64,000 nucleotides of DNA. It comes from Flaccisagitta enflata. Taxonomy: Eukaryota. A program made the translations under genes and the position numbers. This document shows positions 31,387-44,790 of this stretch, in pieces (the stretch's first letter is position 1; each line of letters opens with the position of its first letter). The notes below the pieces were generated by a model. That model saw only the letters and a program-made list of their open reading frames with translations, did no database searches and was not told the DNA's origin. The stretch lies in the NCBI GenBank assembly GCA_965153355.1, contig OZ231126.1, positions 22,320,001-22,384,000 of the forward strand. Reading direction: 5' to 3'.

Positions 31387-32443
31387 ATGCTTCCGCTCCT
31401 GACGGGAAAAGAAAACCCGTTGCCTACTCTAAAACAACGTCGTCTGCCTCTTTTGCGGCCGCATCGTCATCATCTTCAGCCTCCTCCACCGTTCTCGACT
31501 CGACCTCCTCCGTTATCACTTCCTCTTCCTTCACCTCCTCCTCTTCCAATCCTGCCTCGCCCACTTCCTCTTCCACTTCCTACTCCATCTCCGTGACCAC
31601 CTCCAACATCAATCCATCCCTCCTCAAGAAAGTCAAATCTTCTGCCGACGACAGCCTCGAGCAGAAGCAAATCTCTCAATCGTCGACGCACCTCGAGGAA
31701 CCGATCGTCAACTTGAAGCAGAAATTGGAGGAAGCTGTGCTGCGTTCTGCGTTCGAGGATGGGTCCGTCGGGAATGCCGCGTCCGGTGCTTCCTCGACAT
31801 CAGCAGGAGTTTTCATCGACTTCATTATCATCATCCTCATCGACGACAACGATGCTGTCTTCAACGGGATGGAAATCCATCGATGATCTGGATGAGGAAA
31901 GGCCCGAGGATATTGCTGCCAAAGGGCTTTGGGCCACCAAATCATCGGCACAACCTCGACCCAAGAGAGCCAAGACGCATCGGTCGAGCAAACCCTCTGA
32001 GTTGACCACCTCTTCCACGGATGCGCTGGAAGATAAGGCTGTTGAAGAGGAAGAGGAGATGAAGATGAAAGAGGAGGAAGATGACAGGATGCTTACGACG
32101 AGTTCCGTCGAGGCGCGCGTGGAAAAATCTCCCAGAGCAAGGCTTGACGACATGCTGGCGAAATATGATGCAACTCAAGCAACTACAGCAACTTCTTCTT
32201 CCGTCGTCGTCGCAGCCTCTCCGTCAGACTTCGGGGATCAGTTGGCCTGGACTTCCCAGGTGGCGTCGATGGATGCGGCATCCCTTGAAGACGTCTCCTG
32301 GAGGCAGTCGACGTCCAATTCCACTTTCGCCACGGAGATGGAAGCCTCCTTTGGCAGCATCCAATCAATGGAGTCCATGGACGAAAATGAAGTCTCCTTG
32401 CACGAAACTTGCCTAAGAACGTTTCCCGCAGTGGACGTAACAG
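31387..32443 (+). CDS. Uncharacterised protein, exon 5 (contains an apparent +1 frameshift near 31760-31810)
   Basis: Acceptor TTTTAG| phase 1 gives DASAPDGKRKPVAYSK...; that frame stops at 31886, while the overlapping frame 31759-32466 runs to the phase-1 donor CAG|GTGAGG. Confidence 0.7.
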
Positions 32444-33798
32444 GTGAGGGAGTTGTGATGAATTAGATGACTGTAGAGTTGTCAAATATTTGAAGTATGG
32501 AGGATGAAAATCAAAATCAAAATCAAAATCAAAATCAAAATCAAAATCAAAATCAAAATCAAAATCAAAATCAAAAAGTAGAGGAGGTATACAAAAATAA
32601 AAGAAAAAAAAAGAAAAAGGAAAAGCAAAATAAGAACAAGGCCGGATACACGGCGATCCAGTCGCGGACAGTTGTGCAGGAGCATTAATGCGAAAACCGC
32701 TAGAAATTTCAGAAATATTTCGGACAGACAGACGGATCGACCGACCAACATGGCAAGGTGTAGAGTCGTGTGTCTGCGACTAAATGAGGGAAGAAGAAAA
32801 AGAAAAAGAAGAAGAAAGAACAAGTACCCTGGGGGTGCTGAATGATGTGTCCACATGCAGCTTAGTTTGTTAAGAATGACATGCAATATCGTGATCAACT
32901 CAGGGAATGCGCAATAACTGAGATATTTCCAAGATTCTATGCATTTTCACTATTCCTGCAACTCAATACCACGACTAAACCAACCGACCGACTGACCGAC
33001 GGACGGACGGACGGACAAAGTCTTCATAGAGATGCGTGACGCACCTAAAAGAAAAAGAAGAAGAAAAAGAAAAGAAAGGAAAAGAAAAAGAAAAACAAAG
33101 AAAGAAAGAAAAAGAAAAAGAAAAGAAAAAAGAAAAATGGAAAATAAGAAAAAGAAAGAAAAGAAAACAAAAGAAAAAGAAAAAAAAAAAGAAAGAAAAA
33201 TAGTCTCATAAATAGCAGATGGTCAGCGTTACTCGTTGCCCCTAAGTCAGTCTATGTTAGACTAGTAGTGAAAGAGGCAGTGCAGTGTGAAAGAGGCAGT
33301 GCAGTGGCCTAAAGAGCCAATGACCTATGCTCAGCTGTGATTTGAGCTTTAATTGAAGGCTGGAACTTTAGCCTCAAGGTTGGGATTTGAGCCTCAGAGC
33401 TGTGATTTGAACCTCCAGGCTGTAATTTGAGCCTCTAGGCTAGAAGTGGAGCCTCTTGGCTGGATGTTGAGTCTCTTGACTGGGAGTTGAGCCTCTAGCC
33501 TTGGATTTGAGTATCAAGGCTTTGATTTGAGTTTTGAGGCTGTGATTTTAGCCAAAATGCTGGGATTTGAGCTGACAAAAAGAGATTTGAGCCGCAAGGC
33601 TGGGATTTTAGGCTTAGGGCTATGATTTGAGCCTCATTTTTAGGATCTGATCCTGGAAAGAGAGGGGGGTAGGGGAAATATAGAGAAAGAAAAGGAAAAA
33701 TTTGCCTTTGTGTGAAAGCATAGGTCATCGGTTCCTTCAGGGCCGCTTCTCATAAAAGGAAGAAAAAAGAACGTCACATGCGATGTTGATGGATGTTT

Positions 33799-33850
<52 letters not shown>

Positions 33851-33884
33851 AACAATAACAACAACAACAACAACAACAACAACA

Positions 33885-33922
<38 letters not shown>

Positions 33923-33959
33923 CGCAAGAAGGACGATTACTCATTTTCCATGTACACAG

Positions 33960-34298
33960 AGCTAAATCGCCGCGGTTCATACGAGTCCTCATCTTCTTCT
34001 TGCACTTCTCCCATCGCCAAAAATCACGGCGAAATTGACGGGGACGGCGGCGATCTCAGCGGCGATCGACGCATCTCAAAGTCTTTACTCCCCAAACATC
34101 TGCGCCACAGCCAGAAGCTGCAACAACAGCAGCAGCAGCAACAGCAGGAAATGCTGCAGCAGCTGCTGCCTTCTCCGACGCGGTCAGCGACGATGTCGCC
34201 AACGAACTTCACCGTCGACGTGGACAACGTCGAGGATTTGCTTCCGACTCCAGACAATAGAAGATTGTCCAAGTCTCTGCTTCCGAAGCAGTTGAGAG
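33960..34298 (+). CDS. Uncharacterised protein, exon 6
   Basis: Acceptor TACACAG| phase 1, ELNRRGSYESSSSS..., two RR(I/L)SKSLLPK(H/Q)LR repeats, donor GAG|GTAAAC (phase 1). Confidence 0.8.
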
Positions 34299-34785
34299 GT
34301 AAACAACCAAGACAGTTCTTACATGGGTTAGATTGAGAATGTTTTTTTCAGATTCTGTTTCATGGAAAACTAGGAGTGATGCGCGTAGTAACTAGTCAGT
34401 GAGGGTTCACAAGGCCCTTTTCCACTAATTTCAGTTGGGTGAAGTGAGGGATATTGTTCCACTTTTCATGAGATTCTTGACATAATTTTTTTCCACACCA
34501 ATCAAATCCTGATGCAGTCCGAGTGGTTGTGCTCATGAATATTATGCGCTGGCAATCAAAATTAACATTAGGTATGAAAGAATGTATGAAATCGATTTAT
34601 CGCTTGTGCGGGGACAGTGTTTTGAAGCCGGAAATTTTGCCTTTGGAAGTAGGGAATCAGTAAAGTACAGAACGGACAGATGTATGGACCGACCGACGAA
34701 AATACGGCAAAAAGAATCACGCGCACGAAACAGAATGAAACTTCGAAAAACAAACTCGAATTATCTTGACTATTGCTTGTTCAAG

Positions 34786-34978
34786 GTGACGATCACATTG
34801 ACGGCGCGGCGTCTTTTGATTCTGCTGCGGCGTCTTCAGCGTCATCGTCGACGTCAATGAACGCCAAAAAGACGGAAAAAAGATTCGCGACGACGATCGA
34901 CGGAGTCAGGACGTTAACTGGAATGGCATTTCCGTCCATGGATGAATGGCAGAAGAAGATCGCTGACAGCGAAGGCCT

Positions 34979-34979
<1 letters not shown>
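34786..34979 (+). CDS. Uncharacterised protein, exon 7
   Basis: Acceptor TTGTTCAAG| phase 1, GDDHIDGAASF...MAFPSMDEWQKKIADSE; donor uncertain (GC at 34975 or GT at 34980). Confidence 0.65.
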
Positions 34980-35072
<93 letters not shown>

Positions 35073-35440
35073 TGTGTGTGTGTGTGTGTGGTCAGGTGTT
35101 CTTCCTTCCTTCCTTCCTTCCTCCCTTCCTTCCTTCCTTCCTTCCTTCCTTCCTTTTCTCCTTCCTTCCTTTTCAAACAAGAGTAAAACGCTTTTTCTGC
35201 CTTTCTTCTTCCCTTCTTCCTTCCCTCCTTCCTTCCTTCCTTTTCCTTCCTTCCTTCCTTCCTTCCTTCCTTCCTCCCTCCCTTCCTTTCTATCTCTAAT
35301 GTTTTATCATTATCTTTCTTTTTTTTTTCTTTCTTTTTTTCTTTTTTTCTTTTTTTCTTTATTTCTTTTTTTCTTTTTTTCTTTTTTTCTTTTTTCTTTT
35401 TTTTCTTTTTTGCTTTTTTCTTTTTTTCTTCTTTCTTTTT

Positions 35441-35480
<40 letters not shown>

Positions 35481-35727
35481 TTTCTTTCTTTCTTCTTCTT
35501 TCTTTCTTTCTTCTATCTTTCTTTCTTTCTTTTTTCTTTTAGTTGCGGACACGCAACTCTATATGAGGCTTTGTCTGTCCGTCTGTCGGTCCATCTGTCC
35601 GTGCGTCCGTGGTTCACAGTCTGCTCGGCCTGTCCGTCCGTCCGTCCGTCCGTCCGTCCGGTCCGTAACATCAAGTCGGTGCGTGAAAACGCGCATTTCC
35701 GCCCCTGCCCACCTGTCTGCAACTGTT

Positions 35728-35783
<56 letters not shown>

Positions 35784-35825
35784 GATAATTTGGTAATCCC
35801 GGGTTTCATGTTGTTTTTTTTTCAG

Positions 35826-35916
35826 CGGGTTGACTACATCGTTGATGACATCCCCAGAGGAGTTCATGTTCTCGGCAAAAAAGACCCTGAAACTCAAGGG
35901 GGAGATAATGAAGTTC

Positions 35917-35964
<48 letters not shown>

Positions 35965-36062
35965 AACAACAACAACAAAAATAACAACAATGACAACAAT
36001 ATTTCTTGTCAGTTATGCAACGTGAGACAGGATGTAAATCGATCGGAGACCTAAAGCAGAAG
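35826..36062 (+). CDS. Uncharacterised protein, candidate downstream exon(s)
   Basis: TTTCAG|RVDYIVDDIPRGVHVLGKKDPETQ... (phase 0, stop at 35966) and TTGTCAG|(V)MQRETGCKSIGDLKQK|GTAGGT (36013-36062); how they join is ambiguous. Confidence 0.45.
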
Positions 36063-36252
36063 GTAGGTCGCGTTCATCCATTATCTCACTTAGCACTGAA
36101 ATTGTTAAAGCAAATATTTACTCAATCGCGCAACCTGCCAGTTTGGTCATCGAAAGGCGCATTTCTTAAAACTAATAAACATAACCAGGTTGAAAATGTT
36201 ATGATCTCTCTTACTAGCTGCACTCTCAAAATTGCTTATTTGTTTAAAAGTA

Positions 36253-36429
36253 CAGTTGAACCCCGCTCTAAGGGATTTCAGGGGACAAACAATTTTCTTT
36301 TGTAATAGGCGGACTTCTGCTATTGCCAACAAAGGAAATGAAAGAAACTAAGTTGAAGGCACCATGAATTTGCATCTGTTATAGGCGGAATTCCGTCGGT
36401 GGCGGGTACGTTAGAGCGGGCTTCAACTG
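36253..36429. mobile_element. pogo/Tigger-like MITE
   Basis: TA|CAGTTGAACCCCGCTCTAA...TTAGAGCGGGCTTCAACTG|TA. Confidence 0.8.
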
Positions 36430-36880
36430 TATTTGTCAATATGCAGCCAACCGCAGCGTGAATTTTAGTATTTGGTGAATGATTATATGATTTTTTTGAA
36501 TGCCCTTTTTATGGCCCATTTTGGCACGTTATGCATTTTCTTTATTGTCTTAAATACTCCATCCTTCTTCTGAAATGGGCCACTTGTTATGTTTTACATG
36601 TAAAAGATCTTTTTTTACGAATTGCAAATATATTGGTCGATATGGTATCTGATATGAGGTGGTCAACAAGAGAATTATTTTTTTGAATAGATCTCATGAT
36701 TACCATTCAGAAAATGGTGATATATTAATTATTGTTAGATGAACCTGAATTTGTTGAAGATTTTCATTTTCTCAAAAACATTTGTAAAGTTAAAATCTGA
36801 TACACAATGCCTCGAAAAGGGTGTCCTATGTAAGAACATGATGTTTTTATGTTTTATTTTTTCGAAATCGATTTGAGATA

Positions 36881-37519
36881 CAGTAGATTCCGTCTAGACT
36901 TGGGATAATGGGGGCAAGCATTGTGGGAAGACAAATAAAGCCAGGGGAGTGATATTTGGAATTGAACATAATCAACAGTTGATACTTAGTTTCTGATATT
37001 ATTCATGAATATTTCATATTTTAATACTGCATTTTTTGTATTTAGTAATATTTATGTTATCACTTGTAATTATCTTTTCCTGATATCTTAGATATTTTTC
37101 ATGTTTTATTATATAACATACATGTTTCAAAGAACAAACGAGCGATATTCAGAATAATACACTCAAAAAGAAAGTTATAAATTTATTTAAAGTAATGTTC
37201 CTGAAGAAATTTCAAACATTTGATATTTTTTATAATATAATACAGAATAGTTTATTAATAACTAATACATATAATATGCCATCTTTATAATTTATATTAG
37301 AAAAGGCTCAAATTAACACTAATTGATATTACCAACTGATATCAATATCTGACATTTCAAGAATTTAATAAAATTTAATCATAATGATCTTGAGGTTGAT
37401 ATCGTCTTTGAATGATCCACAATGATTCAATGAGACACACTTAAATATCAATCCCCTGGCTTCATTTATTTTTCCACAATTCTTGCCCCCGTTATCTCAA
37501 GTAAAGACGGAATCTACTG
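36881..37519. mobile_element. Tc1/mariner-type MITE with ~75-bp TIRs
   Basis: TA|CAGTAGATTCCGTCT...AGACGGAATCTACTG|TA with imperfect arms and an AT-rich interior. Confidence 0.8.
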
Positions 37520-37768
37520 TATGTCGATTTCTTTATTTGTAACCGCCTTTGGACGCCCTGTATTAGAAATGGGTCACATCACAAATGACAAAATTGACGA
37601 TTTGAAAATTGAGCCGTTTTCCTAAATGTGCCCCATTAACACAACTCATCTGTCTAATTTTTTTTTTTTCGAGACAACGCCCTTGAGTCGATCGTCGATG
37701 TCGTAAAAAGGGAAGAAGGGTTAAGTCGATGGCAAATTATTGGGTTCAACAAACCCATTCGCAAATGG

Positions 37769-37844
37769 TTTTTGAATAGGCAATGATTCAAAAATGAGTT
37801 ACAAATATTTGTAACTCATTCTTGAATCATTGCCTATTCAAAAA
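37769..37844. repeat. 76-bp spacerless palindrome
   Basis: Two 38-bp arms with one mismatch, centre AAAT|ATTT. Confidence 0.9.
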
Positions 37845-38089
37845 TTGATCGTGTTTACCCATCTGCTCATCTGACCTAACTTCCTTATTTCACATGTATA
37901 AGACATCATGAACAATCTGGTCTCGTTTGCAATTCACGAGAGGTCAAAATCGAAGTTCTTTTTTAGCCAAATTTGACTTTTTCTGGTGAATATGTATGTT
38001 ACCACGAGTGATTTAGTGAAAAAATCAATGCGAATTTGTATTCCAAAAAAAAGTTGTGAATGATTTTGGAAAAAAAAACAGAAATTTCC

Positions 38090-38184
38090 CTTTTCCCCCC
38101 CTTCTTCTGTCAAATTTCTTTCTTTTCTTCATTCTTTTTCATTCTTTCTTTCTGTTTTTTTTTTTGTCTTTCTTTCTTCCTGTC

Positions 38185-38256
<72 letters not shown>

Positions 38257-38757
38257 TTCTTTTTTCTTTTTTCTTTATTCTTCTGTCTTTCATTGTTTCA
38301 TGTTTCTTCTTGTTTTTCTTTCTCTCTTTCTTTCTTTCTTCTCTCTTTTTGTCTTTTCCTTCATTCTCTTTCTTTCTCTTCACTTTTCTTCTATTCTCTG
38401 CTTTCTGATCTTTTCTGATTGTTTCTTTCCTGTCTATTTCTTTTTCCTGTTTTATTATTTCTTTTTCTCTCTTTATTTCTTATTTTCTTTTCTTTCTTTC
38501 TCTCTATCTTTCTTTCTCTCATCTTCTTTCTCTCTATCTTCTCTCATCTTTCTTTCTTCTTTTCTTCTTCTTTTTTTTTCTTTTTTCTTTCTTTCTTTTT
38601 TTTCTTTCTTCTTTTCTTTCTTTCTTTCTATTTTTCTTTCTTCTCTTCTCTCTTTCCTTTTCTTTCTTCTTTCTCTTTCTTCTTTCCATCCTTCATATTT
38701 CTTTTCCCTCCCATCTTTCTTCTTTGCTCTCTTTCTTTCCATTTTTCTTCCTTTCTT

Positions 38758-38788
<31 letters not shown>

Positions 38789-39110
38789 TTTCTTTCTTTT
38801 AGTTCTTCTTTTCTTTTTTTTCTTTTTTCTTTTCTTCCCTCTTTCTTTCCATCTTCTTCTTTCTCTTTTCCATTCTTTCTTCTCTCTCTCTTTCTTTCTT
38901 CTTCTTTCTTTTTTTCTTCTTTCTTCTTTCTTTCTTTCTTTCCTTCTTTCTTTCTTTATTTCTTCTTTCTTTCTTCTCCTTCTCTTTCTTTTCTTTCTTC
39001 TTTCTTTCTTCTTTCTTCTTTCTTCTTTTTTTTGTTAAAAGCCAATGAAATTATATACAATAGAACAACAACATTAGTGGAAGTTCCACCATCGTCTGGC
39101 CTTTCTTTAA

Positions 39111-39179
<69 letters not shown>

Positions 39180-39272
39180 TTTCTTCCTTTCTTTCTTTCT
39201 TTCTTTTTCTTTCTTTCTTTTCTTTCTTTCCTTTTCTTTCTATCTTTCTTTCTTTCTACCTTTCTTTCTTTC
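38090..39272. repeat. Polypyrimidine (TTTC)n-type low-complexity tract
   Basis: Direct reading; source of the F/S/L-rich ORF artefacts. Confidence 0.95.
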
Positions 39273-40962
39273 TGTAGAACTCGTACAGCTTGTGCACTTA
39301 GCAGCAGAGAACAAAGAACTTTCATGATTTCTGGCTGAAGAAATGAGTGTTACTATGGTTACTGATAATTTTAGATTCGCATAGAAAATGAAAAATCCGA
39401 AAAATGAAAAACATCAGATGCTAGTAAAATGTCATAAGATGGATCTGATGTTTTTGAAAATGCGAATTTTTCCCCTCTGTTCTCATATTAAAATTATCCG
39501 CTACAAAAATGTTTTTTTCGAAAATTCCTCCTGACACAGCTTTACATAGAAAAAGGTATAAAAACCATACTTAATTTTGGGCTAGATCAATAAGATTTGG
39601 TATGCATAGTCTGTTGTGTGTCTTCTAACCACAGTTCAAATTTTCTAATTTTATGTGTCACACGACCCCCTGATTGTTTTTTTTTATTACGCAAAAATTC
39701 CTAAAAACAAAAGGTCACGAAAATTTTTGCATGTACTATTATAATATATAAGCAGGTTTAACTCAAAAATTGGGGTCAAATTTCAAATATGTAAGGGGAA
39801 TAGGTTGTGAAAATTCCTGGTGTGAGATCTTTGGCATTAAAATTTGTTGCCTTTTCCAGCATAGGTTTATAAACATTTAGTTTTTTTTCATTGAAACGGC
39901 CAATTAAGCCTTGAAATTTTTTTTGGTATAAGATTACATGGTTAGGGATTTTGACAGATGTTTCTGCGGGCCAAAAACTGTTGTTATGATGCCTATAGTA
40001 GTACAAAAATGCCTCGAATAACAATCGGGTTTACTCAGTTCTCCATGTCATAAGCCCATCCGCCCATCCATCTGCGTGATTTGCGCACAAGCGTAACGGA
40101 TATATGGACGACCGACCGACCGACCGACCGACATGAAAATAACCGTTAATTATAGGAAAGTGCTACTCCTGAATATACTGAGCTACTGATGCTAATGGGT
40201 AGTAAGTCTAATCTAGATGGGGTAGTAAGCCTAATCTACTATCTAGATGCGATTTCATTTGAAATATAGAAAGAAAACATGGTCAAAGACAAAGAAATGG
40301 AAAAGCGGAAGCGCATATTTAATCAATTCAATCTAATCTGAATTGTTTAAAATTCATTGAATCTTTTTTTCCTCTCAAATTCTTGAATCATAAACACAAA
40401 GAGATCAAACACAAAGAGATCGAGACATGTGATACCTTTCTGATTTCATTGTAGAGCGATTTAGATCATTGCCAAATGATAGATGTTGTTACAAGTGGAG
40501 GGGGAAGTAAAAAAATAAGAAGCAAAATAAGGAGGAGGGGAGGATGAGGAGAAGGAAGAGGAGGGGAATGAAAGGGGAAAAATGAACAAAGTGTCAAAAA
40601 ACGCTAATTGAAGGTTAATGACCTGGAGTTTAATCACTCGCGCCAGAGCACGTCTAACAGTGGATGTGTCCGTAGGTCGGTCGGTAGGTTGGAACGCAAT
40701 TGCTTTGACGAGCTACCCGGTGCGCGTGGTGGCCTGGCCTTGTTCATCAACATGTGAATCTGGTAAACGGTGCATTTTTAGTAGCAGTGTTTTTTATTTT
40801 CGTCAATCGATTTGTCAACGCAACCGATATTGTTAATCGAACAAGACAAAGCATTTATTTTTGAGGAAATAGTCAATTTCGTGGCCACGCATTGATGGGG
40901 GTCGATTTTTTCTAATGATCAGACTCATTGTTTTTATTCAATCTGTACAGCAAAATAAACAG

Positions 40963-41085
<123 letters not shown>

Positions 41086-43399
41086 ATTTATATCACGGCG
41101 GACGCTGTTGTGAAGTCCACGCCATAGCTGCCTTTCAAAGTGCCCATGAGCCTTTCTTCTAGCCTTCACCAAGACAGGCTCTGCTTTCCTTTTTCTGCTG
41201 CTTCTCCAGTCTAATGCACTCTCGCTTGTTGCCTTTGACCACTCCTATTGTCCGCAGCCATTGTTGCTGACGAGCATCGTTTCTCTCTCTTGGATGTCTA
41301 CTTGTCCTTCTCGGCTCAAGACTTGATTACAGCTGCCAACCCTGTTGGATCGGGATTGAACGACGCGAAGAAGTTCTTTTTTTTTTAGTTTTGATGCAAT
41401 TTCTTTTCACCACACCCTTAATGAAGCTTTTGAGGTGAGGAAGCAGCTTCCAGCAACTAACTCAAGTGAGCAGGTTCATGCGCAGGATCAAAGGGTTGAT
41501 CTGACAAGAGGGGATGGTACTTGAGGTAAATGGTAGGACCTGTTTGTTGACGCAGGCGCCACACAGCTTTAAATAGATGCTGATGACCGCCAACCGGCTT
41601 ACTCTACCGCTGCTTTGACGGCTGCGAGTTGGAAGGCGCTCTCGCTTCGCTGGGACCAGAGACTTTGTGTTGAACAGCGACGCCCGAAGCACCGTGCAGA
41701 ACCTCCCTGGCTGCTGCTTTAAAAGGTTTTCTTTCCCAGCTCTCGGTCCTCTTCTTGTTGCCATGCCCAGGCGCCTTGATTCAGCTTCTGCTGCTGTTGA
41801 CGTTGCTGTCAGAAACCACTTGAAGCTTCTCCTTGGCCTTTGGGCGTTGCTGCTGCAGGGGGCGCGCTTGGAGGCGCTTGAAGAGGGCCTTTGCTTTTGG
41901 AATCTGGCCCTTTTTGTTGACTCGGCACATTGCGCTTTTGTGGAGTCTTTCCCCGTCGTGATCTCTTCGATGGTTGTGAGGGAGTGACGTCATGAGGACC
42001 CTGTTGCTGCTGATTTGGGGGATGAACCAACCAAGGGAGCGCTGCTGACGACTTCCTGTTGCTGTGGTGTGAATTCGCCGCCGATGGTGCTATGCCACGT
42101 CAGAAAGTACTAATACCGCTGGTGGAGTTGCGGAAGCGCCTGGTCTTGTGTTGCTGCAGATGAAGGCAGCTGCAGCAGGCGCCCTGAGTCGCATCCTTCC
42201 TCTCTTCGTCGCTGACAATGCGACGAACCTCCTTATCATTTGCGCTCCCTTCCTTCTTTTGTTACTTTCTGGGATTTGCGCTTCCAGAGTCTCCAGCCAG
42301 CTTCTCTGTTTGATTAGCCAAGAGCATAAGAGCTGTTTGTTGTGGCACACCAAAAAAGTTTTTCAAACTCTTTGAAGAGGAGAGATAATCCGATGTCCGG
42401 ACTGATGATACGATACCACCAACGTGCCTGCATCCGTTGGCGCTTCTCTTCCGGCGCCGCAGTGTCCACTTCCGGGTCAATGTCTTTCTCCACCGCCCCC
42501 CCATTCACTGGCACCTCCTCTTCTGTTTCCATCCCCTCCTCCTCCTCCCCTGCTCCATCATTGACCGATCTCTCTCTCTCTTCGCCCCGTCATGCTGATT
42601 CTGCAGCTGCAGACGCTTGATCACGAGACGCCAATAATTTAAATCAAGACAAACTGGCGAGGCGATGGGGGTGCAAACTGATGATGATGATGCCTGCCAA
42701 GGGAAGTGGTGATAAGTTCCATGACGTCATTGATCAGATCCGCTCAACTCTCCATCCTTGATGACCACCAATGATGGCGACGCGGGATCACCCATGCTGG
42801 ATGGCTGTTGACGTTTTTCCAACGCATCATCTTGTTGACTTTTTCTTCGCTTACTTTTACACAACGAGACGGAACGAAGGTCGCCATTGAAGGCTGCCAG
42901 CGCGACAGCCTCCTCCTCCGCTCCGAACGAATGCCGTGGAGGATCTTTCTCAGCAGAGCCTGCCGCTGAAGAGCGATGGAGACCATGATCCGTACGATCG
43001 CCGACACGCCGGCCTCTGCCTCGAGATCGCCAGAAAGTGCTGACGTGGACATCTTGACTACTTGGTGACTTCAAGATGTAAACTGATTCTCAGAGATGGA
43101 ATGACGTCGTCATGAAGCTTGAAATGTTCAAGTTGAACTGATAATGGTAAGAACGGATTTTGGCACAATAATATGTACATATAGACAGAGCGAATGAATC
43201 AGTGTTTTTAATGTGTGAGTGGAAATGGACAACAGAACTGGCAAGGGGAAAGATGAAAGCATGGATAATCAGAACCCAATATGAATAATAACAACTCTTT
43301 GTAAATATAACAAGTCAGAGCTTCAATCACTCATATCTATAGTTACTAGTGTACAGGCCCATGCGCCTTTTTCTCTCTCTCTCAAAACTTAGCGTTTTT

Positions 43400-44310
43400 T
43401 TTATGAGTCCAATTCCAGCCGCACAAGCTTTGTGCGGTCTTTCGTCACGATCTTTCCATCTTGGCGTCGAACATGAGCCCTCCGGACATGAGCTGATGAT
43501 CCCTCGACACCCATGACGCGTCCTAAACTCCAATTGTGACGAGGCAGCGTTTCGTCCATGACGATGACCATGTCATCGGGGACCGCAAAGTCTCTCTCGG
43601 ATTCTCGCCATTTGCTTGCGCGTGAAGAAGTTTACAAATATTCGAATTTCTCCATGATTTCCTTAAACGCATTCACATTAAAGACAAGACGTCCATTGAA
43701 TTGAGTATCGGCGTCAGAGTTGACGCCTTGTTGCACCAGAGATTCAGAGGGGCGTGGCGGGATGTTGATGGATTGAGGATATGATTCGGTGTGAGGCCTC
43801 AGTAGAGTCATTTGGATCATCGCTAAGGGCTGTCAGAGGACGGCGATTGAGAATTCCTTCCAATCGACGACAAAGAAAAAGCGAAGGCACGACGTGGGAG
43901 GATGGCGCCAGTAGAGATGGAAGCAAGATGGCGCTTGAAGAGACCGACGATTCTCTCCCACACCCCACCATAGTGGGGTGTTCTCGGCGTGATGAAATCC
44001 CACCGGCTGTCGCGCCGCTGCAATTCGGGAGTTGACGAGCGGTTCCAAGCTTCCATTTCTTTCTTGAGGATATTGTTGGCGCCAACTAGACTCGTCCAGC
44101 AGTCCGGGGTGAACTGGCGGATTCCTGGGCGCCTTGCTGCAAAGCGGATGATTGCATTTACCATCGCATCGGCTGACATGTTGAAGAGCAATTCCACATG
44201 GACGGCACGTGACACGAAACAGGTGAACACTGCGATCCACACCTTGTGATCAGCACGCCCTTTCTCATTTTGGACTTGCGTGAAATGCCCCATGACGCTC
44301 CAATCCAGTT
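43400..44310 (-). mobile_element. Degraded BEL/Pao LTR retrotransposon integrase and C-terminal region
   Basis: KVWIAVFTCFVSRAVHVEL...RFAARR...SLVGA...WDFITPRTPHYGGVWERIV, then in shifted frames EGILNRRPLTALSDDPND and DETLPRHNW...; several frameshifts. A possible 3' LTR (TGT...ACA) lies at ~43125-43355. Confidence 0.9.
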
Positions 44311-44704
44311 CCCGTAAACAGGCGCAGGATTGATGGCTTGATGAAGATTGGCCATTTGCTGATTCGCTGTTTTTGAAGTTCTCTGGCATCTGAAGCACGA
44401 AGGACGACTCTTGACAGCCTGAAGACCTTTTGTAATCTTTGGACAGCAGATCTACGTATTGATACGTACAAAGAAATGAGAAAAATTATGAATCAACTAA
44501 AAATATTAAAGGAGAGTTCAACATGTGAAAAGGTTGATAAATAGGCAGATTTATTTATTGATACGTACAACTAACAGAAAATTTACAAATGTGCAAGAAA
44601 TACTTGTAAAGAACTTTTTGAATCAGGAAAGGTGAATAAATAGATAAGTCACTTCTACCTCTCCTCCTTGAAGGACTGACTCTTGGGATTGACTTTGGTC
44701 GTGG

Positions 44705-44790
<86 letters not shown>

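Noticed and set aside
38056-39277. 405-aa F/S/L-rich 'membrane protein' ORF (also 52596-53846)
   Set aside because: Polypyrimidine/polypurine simple repeat that lacks stop codons by composition.
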